Positions 18,220-27,711 of a DNA stretch of 64,000 bases are shown here, one piece after another. The stretch is from the sequence record MT446390.1; one strand, written 5' to 3'. Under the pieces are notes generated by a model. That model saw nothing but the letters and a program-made list of their open reading frames with translations, ran no database searches and was not told the DNA's origin. This DNA comes from Escherichia phage TH12. The stretch's first letter is position 1, and every line of letters starts with the position of its first letter. The position numbers were made by a program, and so were the translations under genes.

Positions 18220-18693
18220 ATGATTATCAATGAAAACTCTTGGCACTTTAAAATTTATGCCGCGTTCAATAGTACATGGAATCGTCCGAAAACGTTGTGT
18301 GCTTATTTTTGGAAAACGTTAATCCCAGTATTGTCTGTTTCAATTATTGGATTTGCGATTTTAGCAGCAGTCGTAATCATTGGCCAGGAAATTTTAACTA
18401 GATTCTTTGTTTTTAGCAGTCTATGGACATTAGTTCCGGCCTCAATTGGCGTAGGCATTTTAATGGTAGCAGTCATGTCTCTTATTGCTGTCGGGTTGGT
18501 AATTGGCCCGTCTTGGTTGTTAGACAAATATAACGACAGAAAATATTATAAAGAAGTTGAGCTCATTGCACAAAACCAAGAACGAATTAAAAATGGACTT
18601 GAGCCTATTGAACGTAAGAAATCATTAATAGGTGAATACCTTAAAGCTCGTAAAGAAAAAGTCTGTCCTACTCTTGAATATAAGGCTAAATGA
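18220..18693 (+). CDS. membrane protein (157 aa)
   Basis: Two long hydrophobic helices. Confidence 0.5.
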   Translation: MIINENSWHFKIYAAFNSTWNRPKTLCAYFWKTLIPVLSVSIIGFAILAAVVIIGQEILTRFFVFSSLWTLVPASIGVGILMVAVMSLIAVGLVIGPSWLLDKYNDRKYYKEVELIAQNQERIKNGLEPIERKKSLIGEYLKARKEKVCPTLEYKAK

Positions 18694-19679
18694 TGAAAAC
18701 AATTATGAAAGGCTACTTTGGTAGTCACCTTTATGGAACGTCTACTCCTGAATCTGACGTCGATTTTAAAGAAATTTATGTCCCTCATGCTCGTGATATC
18801 TTGACCGGTAACGTTAAAGAACACATGAGCAAGAACACGAATAACACATCTTCTAAGAACACAAAAGACGACGTGGACCATGAGTTGTATAGTCTCAAAT
18901 ATTTCTTTAAACTAGCTGTGGATGGTGAAACCGTCGCATTAGATATGCTTCACACTCCACAAAGTCTAGTAGTTAAATCTGATTTGCCTGATGTATGGAA
19001 GTATATTCAAGATAACAGATCTCGTTTCTATACCACTAACATGAAATCTTATTTAGGGTATGTCCGTAAGCAAGCTTCTAAATATGGCGTCAAGGGTTCT
19101 CGTCTGGCTGTTCTCCGCCAAGCCCTTAAACGTTCTAATGAATGGGGACGATACTTTGATAATGGCGCAGTAATTCGTTTATCACATATGAAGAACGTTC
19201 TGCCTGTAGGTGAATTTGCTTCATGGGTTGAAACTGAAAACGAGAAAACAGGTAAGCAAACATTCTATAGTCTGTTGGACCGTAAATTCCAAGACACGTT
19301 AACCAATAAAGAGTTCAATGCCATCCTGGTTAAACTTGAAGAGAACTACGGTGAACGTGCTCGTAAGGCAGAAGCCAATGAAGGTATTGATTGGAAAGCA
19401 TTGAGTCATGCATGCCGTGGTGGACTTCAGCTCTTAGAAATTTACAAAACCGGCGACCTGGTTTACCCGCTTCAGGATGCTCCATTTATTCTCGATGTTA
19501 AGCTTGGTAAACATACGTTTAAAACCGTACAGGAATTCTTAGAAGATATCGTTGACCAAGTTGAACATGCGGCAGAACAAGCTGCTAAGAACGGTATGCA
19601 GCAAAAAGTAGATATGAGTTTCTGGGATGACTTCCTTGAGCAAGTCTACTTAGAAAACCACAATTCATACTATAAATGA
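18690..19679 (+). CDS. nucleotidyltransferase-fold protein (329 aa; pol-beta-like GS..SDVD motif)
   Basis: YFGSHLYGTSTPESDVDF resembles the NTase signature. Confidence 0.5.
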   Translation: MMKTIMKGYFGSHLYGTSTPESDVDFKEIYVPHARDILTGNVKEHMSKNTNNTSSKNTKDDVDHELYSLKYFFKLAVDGETVALDMLHTPQSLVVKSDLPDVWKYIQDNRSRFYTTNMKSYLGYVRKQASKYGVKGSRLAVLRQALKRSNEWGRYFDNGAVIRLSHMKNVLPVGEFASWVETENEKTGKQTFYSLLDRKFQDTLTNKEFNAILVKLEENYGERARKAEANEGIDWKALSHACRGGLQLLEIYKTGDLVYPLQDAPFILDVKLGKHTFKTVQEFLEDIVDQVEHAAEQAAKNGMQQKVDMSFWDDFLEQVYLENHNSYYK

Positions 19680-19682
19680 TAA

Positions 19683-19699
19683 GGGCCTTCGGGCCCTTT
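19683..19699 (+). terminator. UUCG-tetraloop hairpin
   Basis: GGGCC-TTCG-GGCCC + TTT. Confidence 0.5.
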
Positions 19700-19726
19700 A
19701 GGGGGTCAAAATATTTTTAAAAAGTA

Positions 19727-19755
19727 GTGTACATGTTTTTAGGATATGTTATTAT
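19727..19755 (+). promoter_or_regulatory. early promoter (GTGTAC, 17 nt, TATTAT)
   Basis: Motif. Confidence 0.45.
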
Positions 19756-19794
19756 AGACCTATCAAAACGAAATGAGTAAATTTGGAGAATAAA

Positions 19795-20775
19795 ATGTTC
19801 AACGTTCAAATCAAAAAAGGTATCTATCGTAATAATGAAATCTCCGGTTCTTATGTTGCCACAAAGACATGGTTCCCAGCAAAGCTTAATCCTGAATGTT
19901 CCCACTTAGGTGACGGTAAAATTTTCGTTATGATTGATGGTTCTGAACGTGGAGTATGGGTCTTCAAATCAGACATCGTAATGGAAGGAGTTGAGACGAC
20001 ACCAGTTGCAGTTGTTGAAAGCACTGAAGATATGAAAACTCGTATCAACAAACGCTTTAAAGTAATGAACATGATGACGAATGGCATTATCGATGGCAAA
20101 ATTCGTTCACTCATTATTTCAGGTGCAGCTGGTATTGGTAAGACGTATTCTCTGGATAAAGCGCTTAATAATGCTAATGATAATGGTTTCATCAAATACA
20201 AAAGCATTAATGGTAAAATCTCTGGTATTGGCCTTTACGAACAACTTTGGCTCAACCGTGATGCAGACAGCGTTCTCTTAATCGACGATGTTGATGTATT
20301 CTCGGATATGGATATCTTGAACCTTCTTAAAGCAGCATTAGATACTGGTGATAAACGCAAAGTTTGCTGGAGCACTGCATCATCTTATCTTGATGATAAG
20401 GGTATCGATAAAGAATTTGAGTTTGAAGGTACTATTGTTTTCATTACAAACGTTGATATCGATAAAGAGTTAGAACGCGGTTCGAAACTTGCTCCGCACC
20501 TTCAAGCTTTAGTATCTCGTTCAGTGTATCTCGACCTTGGAGTACACTCTAATGAAGAGATTATGGTTCGAGTTGAAGATGTAATATTATCTACTGACAT
20601 GATGCAGAAACGTGGTCTGACGGATGCAGAAACGTATAAAGCATTGTCCTGGATGAAGGCTAACGTATCTCGTCTTCGCAATGTATCATTACGTACGGCT
20701 CTTTATGTAGCAGATTTTATTTCAACCGATAAAGATGGTTGGGAGGAAATCTCTGAAGTAACTTTACTGAAATAA
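19795..20775 (+). CDS. AAA+/P-loop ATPase (326 aa)
   Basis: Walker A GAAGIGKT, Walker B LLIDDVD. Confidence 0.6.
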   Translation: MFNVQIKKGIYRNNEISGSYVATKTWFPAKLNPECSHLGDGKIFVMIDGSERGVWVFKSDIVMEGVETTPVAVVESTEDMKTRINKRFKVMNMMTNGIIDGKIRSLIISGAAGIGKTYSLDKALNNANDNGFIKYKSINGKISGIGLYEQLWLNRDADSVLLIDDVDVFSDMDILNLLKAALDTGDKRKVCWSTASSYLDDKGIDKEFEFEGTIVFITNVDIDKELERGSKLAPHLQALVSRSVYLDLGVHSNEEIMVRVEDVILSTDMMQKRGLTDAETYKALSWMKANVSRLRNVSLRTALYVADFISTDKDGWEEISEVTLLK

Positions 20776-20791
20776 GCTTATAGGAAGTTCT

Positions 20792-20831
20792 GAGGTAAGC
20801 CATAAAGATGAATAATCATATGGCTTACCTC
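20792..20831 (+). repeat. 12-bp perfect inverted repeat with 16-nt loop
   Basis: GAGGTAAGCCAT ... ATGGCTTACCTC, just after the ATPase gene. Confidence 0.7.
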
Positions 20832-20907
20832 AAAGAAGGACACCAGGAACCTACTGAGGGCATAGAAATATTTAAAATAATGATGTACAAATCAAAGAGG
20901 ATATGTT

Positions 20908-21195
20908 ATGGATTTTATGCAAAAAAATAAAGCCGCAGTCGAACTCTATGCTCATCGTATGGTTAGTTCTACAATGCAATATAGCGAGGAAGTTCGCCAG
21001 GACTCTTCCTTGAAAGGAAAAACTAAAGCCTTAATTACCTTAGATCGTTTGCAAAAGAATGCCATAGAGATGCTCCAGTACGACAAGAGTGTATATAAGA
21101 AAGAACAGGAAGAGAAACTTAAATCTGAAAAGTTACAGAAAACCCCGAAGTCGGTTTGGTTCAGTGGAAAAAATACTGAAAAAAGTTTCTTTTAG
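20908..21195 (+). CDS. hypothetical protein (95 aa)
   Basis: ORF. Confidence 0.5.
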   Translation: MDFMQKNKAAVELYAHRMVSSTMQYSEEVRQDSSLKGKTKALITLDRLQKNAIEMLQYDKSVYKKEQEEKLKSEKLQKTPKSVWFSGKNTEKSFF

Positions 21196-21197
21196 TT

Positions 21198-21226
21198 GTT
21201 TACAAGGTCTATGGTTGTGTTATTAT
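21198..21226 (+). promoter_or_regulatory. early promoter (GTTTAC, 17 nt, TATTAT) with conserved leader TATAGACCTATCAACTACTGGAG
   Basis: Leader near-identical to that at 54610-54660. Confidence 0.55.
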
Positions 21227-21253
21227 AGACCTATCAACTACTGGAGGTAAAAC

Positions 21254-21781
21254 ATGAACGCTAAAGATATTTTCAACCTGGTAAATTATAACGACGGTAA
21301 ATTTAAATCTGAAGCACAGAGCAAGTTCTTTAATGACGTTGCTTATGGTAACGAGATTACCGTGGATGGAGGTCAGATTTTCAAATCTCGCTGGAATTGG
21401 ATTGCTATCATCGATTCAGTTGGAATTGTGGAAGTCTACAAAAACACTAACAAAAAACGTACATTATTCTGGTCTCGTGAAACTAACGAACAGTACAAAA
21501 AGGATAAAGCATCTCGTTTATCCAAAGTAACCCAGGAAGATATCGAGTTTATCAAGAAAGATATCGAGATGTACGAAAATTTAATAGCTGAAGACCAGGC
21601 AGTACTCGATAAGTTTGATGAAATTAAAGCTTCTCGTGAAATCCCTGACTTCATGAAAGAAACAGTAAACGAACGATACGCTCTCACTTCAGAACGTATT
21701 GCAAACTATACAAAACAGAAAGCAGAACGTATTAGTACTCTTCGGAAATTTGAAGAACGTTTAAAGACGGTTCACGCATAA
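21254..21781 (+). CDS. hypothetical protein (175 aa)
   Basis: ORF. Confidence 0.55.
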   Translation: MNAKDIFNLVNYNDGKFKSEAQSKFFNDVAYGNEITVDGGQIFKSRWNWIAIIDSVGIVEVYKNTNKKRTLFWSRETNEQYKKDKASRLSKVTQEDIEFIKKDIEMYENLIAEDQAVLDKFDEIKASREIPDFMKETVNERYALTSERIANYTKQKAERISTLRKFEERLKTVHA

Positions 21782-21843
21782 ACGCTTTACCCAAGGACGG
21801 GTTATAATGGTTTTGAGTTCCAATTCAATCTGAGGAAATAGTT

Positions 21844-22839
21844 ATGAGCATTATATCTGATGCGGTAAAACATGAAATTAACGGTTTATGTGCTTCACAG
21901 ATTAAAGTGTGGTTTAAAGACCATAACGATCGCAGAGCACTTAATTATGAGCAAATTGCTATCCAAGTTCATCAATTACTGACTAGTAAATTTGATTTTC
22001 ATATGCCATCTGAAATCTATACTAATCTGCCACGAGCACTTATTAAAGCGTGTAAAGGTTATGGAAAATCAATGGCTGATGGAATCTTCAGCGCGCTGAA
22101 TAAACTTAACGTTCTGTCGATGATTAACTCTAACAATATCCTGCGTAATCTAGGACGTACTGATTTGTTCGGACGTGAACAGTGTAAAATGCCTTTGAAA
22201 TGGATTGTTGCTCATCTTAACGAGAACCAAACACGTTTTATGGCCGTAACAGCACGTTTACAAATGGGCTTAGATCGTCAGATGAACTTTAAAACTCATC
22301 CATGTTATTCAGGTTCAACAGACTTTTATAAATGCGAGCTTCAAAAGGTCGGTGGCAAAACTGTCTTAGTAGTTCGTGTAACGTTTGAAGGACGACGTCA
22401 AGGATATTTTGACATAATCGGCTCTGGTCTTAAACATTGTGGATTTATCAACGAAGTTGATATCAAGCGAGACAGCGTTGGATACCGTATTGGGTATGTT
22501 TGTACTCTTAAAGAAGAGATTTCAGGACCAGCACCAGGACTAAAAGACGTTAGATATAAAGACGAGCTCGTTGAAGAAATAAAAGAAGTTGAATATGATA
22601 TCAACCAAGAAGATGCTCTTAAAGACCTTATTGACGAACTAAACCAAGACGTTATTCCGGTTCAGAAATTTGAATCAAAACATGCTGAGCAAATCAAATA
22701 CTTTGAAGCTTTGATTAACGAACTTAATGTAACTATTCAACAGACTGACGATGAAATCTCACGATTAGCAGGCTTAAATGGTAAAAATAAAACAGAACGA
22801 GCTAATCTTATTCAAGTAGTAAAACTTCTTAAGGAATGA
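21844..22839 (+). CDS. hypothetical protein (331 aa), C-terminal coiled coil
   Basis: ORF. Confidence 0.55.
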   Translation: MSIISDAVKHEINGLCASQIKVWFKDHNDRRALNYEQIAIQVHQLLTSKFDFHMPSEIYTNLPRALIKACKGYGKSMADGIFSALNKLNVLSMINSNNILRNLGRTDLFGREQCKMPLKWIVAHLNENQTRFMAVTARLQMGLDRQMNFKTHPCYSGSTDFYKCELQKVGGKTVLVVRVTFEGRRQGYFDIIGSGLKHCGFINEVDIKRDSVGYRIGYVCTLKEEISGPAPGLKDVRYKDELVEEIKEVEYDINQEDALKDLIDELNQDVIPVQKFESKHAEQIKYFEALINELNVTIQQTDDEISRLAGLNGKNKTERANLIQVVKLLKE

Positions 22840-22840
22840 T

Positions 22841-22869
22841 GTACAACCAAGGATGGTTGGAGTATAATA
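22841..22869 (+). promoter_or_regulatory. early promoter (TGTACAA ... TATAAT), duplicated at 23859
   Basis: Shared spacer CCAAGGATGGTTGGAG. Confidence 0.5.
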
Positions 22870-22894
22870 AATTTTTCAACATGAGGAATATAAA

Positions 22895-23854
22895 ATGGCT
22901 TTTATTACACGTAGAGAACTTATCAAAGAATTTACCTCGAACGCATATACTCCAGGACCTAATCCTATCCGTATGCCTGTAAAGACTCCTGAAGAGATTG
23001 AGGAAATCTGTTCGTATTATGGGATTACTTCTCGTATGTTTACTCAATTTGAATGTGTTACTAACACGCCCGTTAAAGAGTTCATTAAAAATGGTGAGTT
23101 CAGCCGTTTATTAGCCAAACAGAAACTTCGTAATTTTTGTATTGGCGGTTGTGGACAATATTTCGCTAAGCAGTTCCGGAATAACCTTAACAATCTGATG
23201 GCCATTGCTTCTCGTATTCGTCCTCAAGCAATTAACATGAAACATTTGAAATATACTTACGATAAGTTAGAAATCATGGTTATCAGTGAGAACGAGTTCA
23301 CTCTTACGTATAAACCTAAGAATGATAACGTTGCTCGTGTATTCCACCAAGCGCTAGAAGTGTTAGGCGATAATATCCATGAGATTAAAGCAATTTATTC
23401 TCGTGAGCTTAATATTATCGACCCTATCAAGAATAAGGGCCATATCGCTATCCAGGCTCGTGTATCTATTGGTAAAAAGGTTCCTGCGCCATGGTGGCAC
23501 AAAGACTCTGAATACTATCAAAATCTTAAAAAGGAAAATGCAACGTTCGAAGGCAATATCACAGCAACACCAGTCGGTAATGCAGAGGTTCTAAGCGCAT
23601 ATTCTCCGACACAACCCGGTATGTTTAAAGGTTTGCCAAATGTGTGCAAACTGTCGGCAGTAAAACTAAATGTTTCTAATGACCTTCTTCCGGCCGAAGA
23701 TTATCATTACAACCAAATCAAGGCTACTGTAGACCAACTGTCCGTTGAACTTGACAAAGCACAAGCTAAGCTTCGTGATGCTCAAAGTGTTGTAACGAAT
23801 CTCCAGTTGCAGTACTCTAAACTTTTTAATGCAATGAATGCATTAAAATCATAA
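22895..23854 (+). CDS. hypothetical protein (319 aa), C-terminal coiled coil
   Basis: ORF. Confidence 0.55.
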   Translation: MAFITRRELIKEFTSNAYTPGPNPIRMPVKTPEEIEEICSYYGITSRMFTQFECVTNTPVKEFIKNGEFSRLLAKQKLRNFCIGGCGQYFAKQFRNNLNNLMAIASRIRPQAINMKHLKYTYDKLEIMVISENEFTLTYKPKNDNVARVFHQALEVLGDNIHEIKAIYSRELNIIDPIKNKGHIAIQARVSIGKKVPAPWWHKDSEYYQNLKKENATFEGNITATPVGNAEVLSAYSPTQPGMFKGLPNVCKLSAVKLNVSNDLLPAEDYHYNQIKATVDQLSVELDKAQAKLRDAQSVVTNLQLQYSKLFNAMNALKS

Positions 23855-23858
23855 AACG

Positions 23859-23889
23859 GTTTACAACCAAGGATGGTTGGAGTATAATG
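23859..23889 (+). promoter_or_regulatory. early promoter (GTTTAC ... TATAAT), duplicate of 22841
   Basis: Shared spacer. Confidence 0.5.
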
Positions 23890-23916
23890 AATCTATCTTA
23901 ACGAGAGGAAAATATT

Positions 23917-24867
23917 ATGACACGTTCACATTACATTGAATACTTTGCCGGTCTTATCGCTAACGTTCATGCCCAGCGCGCTGTTGGTGCACTAGGATTT
24001 GATGTTCCACACCGAGATGTAGTAAGTGGTATTCTTCGCGATTTTGGTACATACACAGGTCAAGAAAATCATATCTGTAAAGATACTCAGAATGCGTATT
24101 CTCATTCATTAGGGACACTGCTTCAATGGTTCAAACGTTCTCGTTTATTATCTTCTACTGTAGCTCGCGATAACATTAAAAACTTTATGAAACCGAGCTT
24201 TATTAAATCTGTGACATCTAAAACCGATTTGGTTGAATTCACTATTGTTAATGATGTTAAAAAGACTCATTTGGCTGATTGGTTATCTACCATTCCTGAA
24301 ACTAAATTCGCTGATAAATTTGCTTGTGAATTCAATAACCAAGTGAATATGCTTTTTAAACATTCTCGTAAATTATTCACGGGCGGTGATGGTCGTACAA
24401 ATAAAGTTCATGTTAAAGATTGGGTTACTGCAGTATTCAAACCGACCGGTAATGGTAACGCATCATTATCAATTGATATCCAGGTTCCTTATTACTACTC
24501 ACGTAATCTCGGTACCATGAAAGCTGAAGAAATTAATAAGCATAACAAAACCGTTCGTTCATTGTCTTATAAACTTATTACATTGTTAGAGACTATGGAT
24601 GTTGTTGAAACGTTCGACGAATCCGAAGATAACGGTTCAATGTTATACAGTTCTCGCACCCGAATTAAGCTGAAGAACCCTAACGAGTATAAACTTAAGA
24701 CTATTAAAGAACCTAAAGTAGAAAAAGTTGACAACTTGAGCGAAGAACGTGAATATCTCAAATCTCGTCTGAAAGAAGTCGAAGCCCAGATTAAAGAACA
24801 GACTAAATCATTAAAAGCTCTGAATGCAAAAGCTGATGGTTTACGAAATGCTATTGAGGTTTTATAA
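23917..24867 (+). CDS. hypothetical protein (316 aa), C-terminal coiled coil
   Basis: ORF. Confidence 0.55.
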   Translation: MTRSHYIEYFAGLIANVHAQRAVGALGFDVPHRDVVSGILRDFGTYTGQENHICKDTQNAYSHSLGTLLQWFKRSRLLSSTVARDNIKNFMKPSFIKSVTSKTDLVEFTIVNDVKKTHLADWLSTIPETKFADKFACEFNNQVNMLFKHSRKLFTGGDGRTNKVHVKDWVTAVFKPTGNGNASLSIDIQVPYYYSRNLGTMKAEEINKHNKTVRSLSYKLITLLETMDVVETFDESEDNGSMLYSSRTRIKLKNPNEYKLKTIKEPKVEKVDNLSEEREYLKSRLKEVEAQIKEQTKSLKALNAKADGLRNAIEVL

Positions 24868-25172
24868 TGAAACTACGTCTTTTAGAGGATATTGATATGA
24901 GCACTAATCATGGCTTGGTTAAGTTTATTGACGATAGTTCAAAGATTGAATTTGTTCAGCGAGATAAAATCCACGGTGAAGAAGAGTTCGTTCCTCCGGC
25001 ATGGAACGAAATCATGAAAATGGTTGAACGACGTGAAAATGCTGCCAAATCGGCGGCAAAACATCCATGCCCGGAATGTGGAACTATCCAAGTCCAACTG
25101 GTTAACTGGACCACTGATAACTTGAAATTGAAATGCCGTAAATGCTTCCACAAATTTGAGAGAATATTATAA
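24867..25172 (+). CDS. zinc-ribbon protein (101 aa; CPECG ... CRKC)
   Basis: Two Cys pairs. Confidence 0.5.
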   Translation: MKLRLLEDIDMSTNHGLVKFIDDSSKIEFVQRDKIHGEEEFVPPAWNEIMKMVERRENAAKSAAKHPCPECGTIQVQLVNWTTDNLKLKCRKCFHKFERIL

Positions 25173-25585
25173 TGAGATATAGCCTTCGTTGTTTTATCGC
25201 AGCTTTAGTTTTTGCCGTTATTCCATTCATTTGGAACAGTCAGAATACTTACATGGAAACTAAAGTAATTCCTGTGGAGGTAGTGGAATTAATCTCAGGC
25301 CAATCTACAGGAAAATATTCTAAATTAGAATTTATTGCAGTCTATAAAGATGAGCAAGGACGAGTTTTTGACAGGCGTGTATCGCCATCGTTTTATACGC
25401 TTCTGAATAAAGGTGATACGATAGCTATAGAAATTCGTGAGATGGATATCAAACAAACTACTAAAGATAACTTGATTTGGTTCTTTGGTACAGTGTTGTT
25501 GGTTTCTATTTGTATCACAGGTTTTATTACATGTATTGTATTTGGCATTGCATATTTAATCGATGAAAGGAAAAATAATGTTTAA
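25172..25585 (+). CDS. membrane protein (137 aa)
   Basis: N- and C-terminal hydrophobic helices. Confidence 0.5.
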   Translation: MRYSLRCFIAALVFAVIPFIWNSQNTYMETKVIPVEVVELISGQSTGKYSKLEFIAVYKDEQGRVFDRRVSPSFYTLLNKGDTIAIEIREMDIKQTTKDNLIWFFGTVLLVSICITGFITCIVFGIAYLIDERKNNV

Positions 25586-25841
25586 AGTGTACGGGTATGA
25601 CTCTACTATTCATAAATGCATTTATTGCGATAATGCGAAACGACTGCTGACTGTTAAGAAACAGCCATTCGAATTCATTAACGTTATGCCAGAAAAAGGT
25701 GTATTCGATGATGAGAAAATTGCTGAGCTTCTGGTTAAGCTTGGACGTGAATCACAAGTTGGATTGACTATGCCTCAAGTGTTTGCTCCTGACGGAAGTC
25801 ACATTGGTGGATTTGACCAACTACGAGAATATTTTAAATGA
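25578..25841 (+). CDS. nrdC: glutaredoxin/thioredoxin (T4 NrdC-like)
   Basis: MFKVYGYDSTIHKCIYCDNAK ... matches T4 thioredoxin. Confidence 0.9.
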   Translation: MFKVYGYDSTIHKCIYCDNAKRLLTVKKQPFEFINVMPEKGVFDDEKIAELLVKLGRESQVGLTMPQVFAPDGSHIGGFDQLREYFK

Positions 25842-26134
25842 GTATTGATTTAACTTTCCCTGGCCCTTATGACCAGAACGAATTAGAAACTTTGTTATAT
25901 CAAGAAATGTGCTCTCGTGCTAAGAACGATATTCAGTATGCTATTGATAATCCATGGGGCGAATTTCGGGTAATGATGGGTAATAGAATCATCGGTGTCC
26001 AATGGCGATTCGTTGGCCTTGAGCCTGAGGACTATGAAGAAAACGAGCATGGTGACTGGATTCCTGTTGGTGAATACCACTGGGAATACGGTGGTCCTGA
26101 CTTCGAAGTTTCCTGTGCATGGGTAGAACAATAA
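25838..26134 (+). CDS. hypothetical protein (98 aa)
   Basis: ATGA overlap. Confidence 0.5.
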   Translation: MSIDLTFPGPYDQNELETLLYQEMCSRAKNDIQYAIDNPWGEFRVMMGNRIIGVQWRFVGLEPEDYEENEHGDWIPVGEYHWEYGGPDFEVSCAWVEQ

Positions 26135-26152
26135 ACTGCGAGAATATTTTAA

Positions 26153-26488
26153 ATGAACGATATTGATTTCGCCAAAGCATATAAATTTGTAGCAACTCTT
26201 CTCGGTCCTGACGCTCCTACTAAGCTTGAAGTTTTAAATTCTATTCCGACTTCATTGGTTCGAGATGCTGAAATATGGACATGGGACGACTCGGCTGTTT
26301 GTGAAGATCTGTACATTCTGATGAATGACATGATGGTTAAAAAGCCTGAAACAATGGTTACTATTACTGTTGAAGAATATAATCGCCTGCAAGCCATTGA
26401 AGAGCTTCTGTGGAACATTGAATGTGACCTGCCGTCAGGGCTAGAATCCTGGATTGATTATGAAGAGCTCAATAAACTCCGGGGTTAA
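26153..26488 (+). CDS. hypothetical protein (111 aa)
   Basis: ORF. Confidence 0.5.
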   Translation: MNDIDFAKAYKFVATLLGPDAPTKLEVLNSIPTSLVRDAEIWTWDDSAVCEDLYILMNDMMVKKPETMVTITVEEYNRLQAIEELLWNIECDLPSGLESWIDYEELNKLRG

Positions 26489-26616
26489 ACCGTGGTATTC
26501 TGCTCGATGGGAGACTGTCGAGCCAGACGTCGAAACGGTTTACAACGACGAAGAACCATGTTATGATGAACCTTCAATAAATGAATTAATTGATATGGAA
26601 ATGGGAAGAGATTATT

Positions 26617-26787
26617 ATGCAAGTTAAATTATTGTACCGTTTATTAAAAAATGGCAAGCATGATTGGTATTTGCTTATTAAAACCGATCCGAATTTTTTC
26701 TCTGGACAACCATTTACAGTTCGTCCTACTAAACGTCAGCTTCGCAAAGCTAAACGTTCTCATCGTAACTTTTATAGAGAATATTGA
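26617..26787 (+). CDS. small basic-tailed protein (56 aa; C-terminus VRPTKRQLRKAKR)
   Basis: Paralog of 55172-55384. Confidence 0.45.
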   Translation: MQVKLLYRLLKNGKHDWYLLIKTDPNFFSGQPFTVRPTKRQLRKAKRSHRNFYREY

Positions 26788-26788
26788 T

Positions 26789-27202
26789 ATGAATATTTCT
26801 GAAACTCGCGGTAAATGGTTCAAGATTGTTAAAGAAGACGAAGAACTACAAGACAAGTTTCCTGAATTAAAGAAAGGAACAATCATCAAGGTAATTGGTA
26901 CTACTACCGAAGATGGTTATGGCGACCATGGCATTATCGAAGTGATGTTGAACACAGGTGAGAAACTTTGCATCTATGACCGTGATACTTCTCTTTGGTG
27001 CTTCTGGGAATCCCATTCAATAGATGAACTCGAAGAAATTGACCAAGTAGTTTGTGATGGTGGACTTGGTGAATTCGAAGGTGAACGTATTTCTTATGCT
27101 TTAGCTAAATTAGCTGGTCAAGAAAATAATGACGGTTATGAAGGTAATCTGATGCAAGCCGCAGCGGAATACATTGAATATTTAGAAAGACGTTTAAGTT
27201 AA
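26789..27202 (+). CDS. hypothetical acidic protein (137 aa)
   Basis: ATG 2 nt after upstream stop. Confidence 0.5.
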   Translation: MNISETRGKWFKIVKEDEELQDKFPELKKGTIIKVIGTTTEDGYGDHGIIEVMLNTGEKLCIYDRDTSLWCFWESHSIDELEEIDQVVCDGGLGEFEGERISYALAKLAGQENNDGYEGNLMQAAAEYIEYLERRLS

Positions 27203-27237
27203 TAAATACCCTTATCTATTTAAGGTAAGGGTTTATT

Positions 27238-27711
27238 ATGTTATTATCTGGCAAATTATACAAAGAAGAAAAACAAAAATTTTATGATGCACAGAACGGT
27301 AAGTGTCCTATTTGCCACCGTGAATTAGACCCTGATGTTCAAGGTAACCATCTTGACCACGACCACGAGTTAAACGGGCCAAAAGCCGGTAGAGTTCGTG
27401 GATTACTCTGTAATCTGTGCAACGCAGCAGAAGGCCAAATGAAGCATAAGTTCAACCGTTCTGGTCTTAAAGGTCAAAACGTTGATTACCTCGAATGGCT
27501 TGAAGCTCTTCTTGCTTATTTGAAACAAGATTATTCTGATAATAATATCCATCCTAATTTTGTTCCAGACAAAACTAAAGAGTTCTCAAGACTAGGTAAA
27601 GAGGAAATGATGGCTGAGATGCTTCAAAGAGGATTTGAATATACTGAATCTGATACTAAAACACAATTAATAGCTTCATTCAAAAAGCAGCTTAGAAAGA
27701 GTTTAAAATGA
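27238..27711 (+). CDS. 49: endonuclease VII (Holliday-junction resolvase)
   Basis: MLLSGKLYKEEKQKFYDAQNGKCPIC ... near-identical to T4 gp49. Confidence 0.95.
   Translation: MLLSGKLYKEEKQKFYDAQNGKCPICHRELDPDVQGNHLDHDHELNGPKAGRVRGLLCNLCNAAEGQMKHKFNRSGLKGQNVDYLEWLEALLAYLKQDYSDNNIHPNFVPDKTKEFSRLGKEEMMAEMLQRGFEYTESDTKTQLIASFKKQLRKSLK

Noticed and set aside
19672-19679. TATAAATG resembling a late promoter
   Set aside because: It is imperfect and lies within the last codons of a gene, directly followed by a terminator; unlikely to be a functional late promoter.
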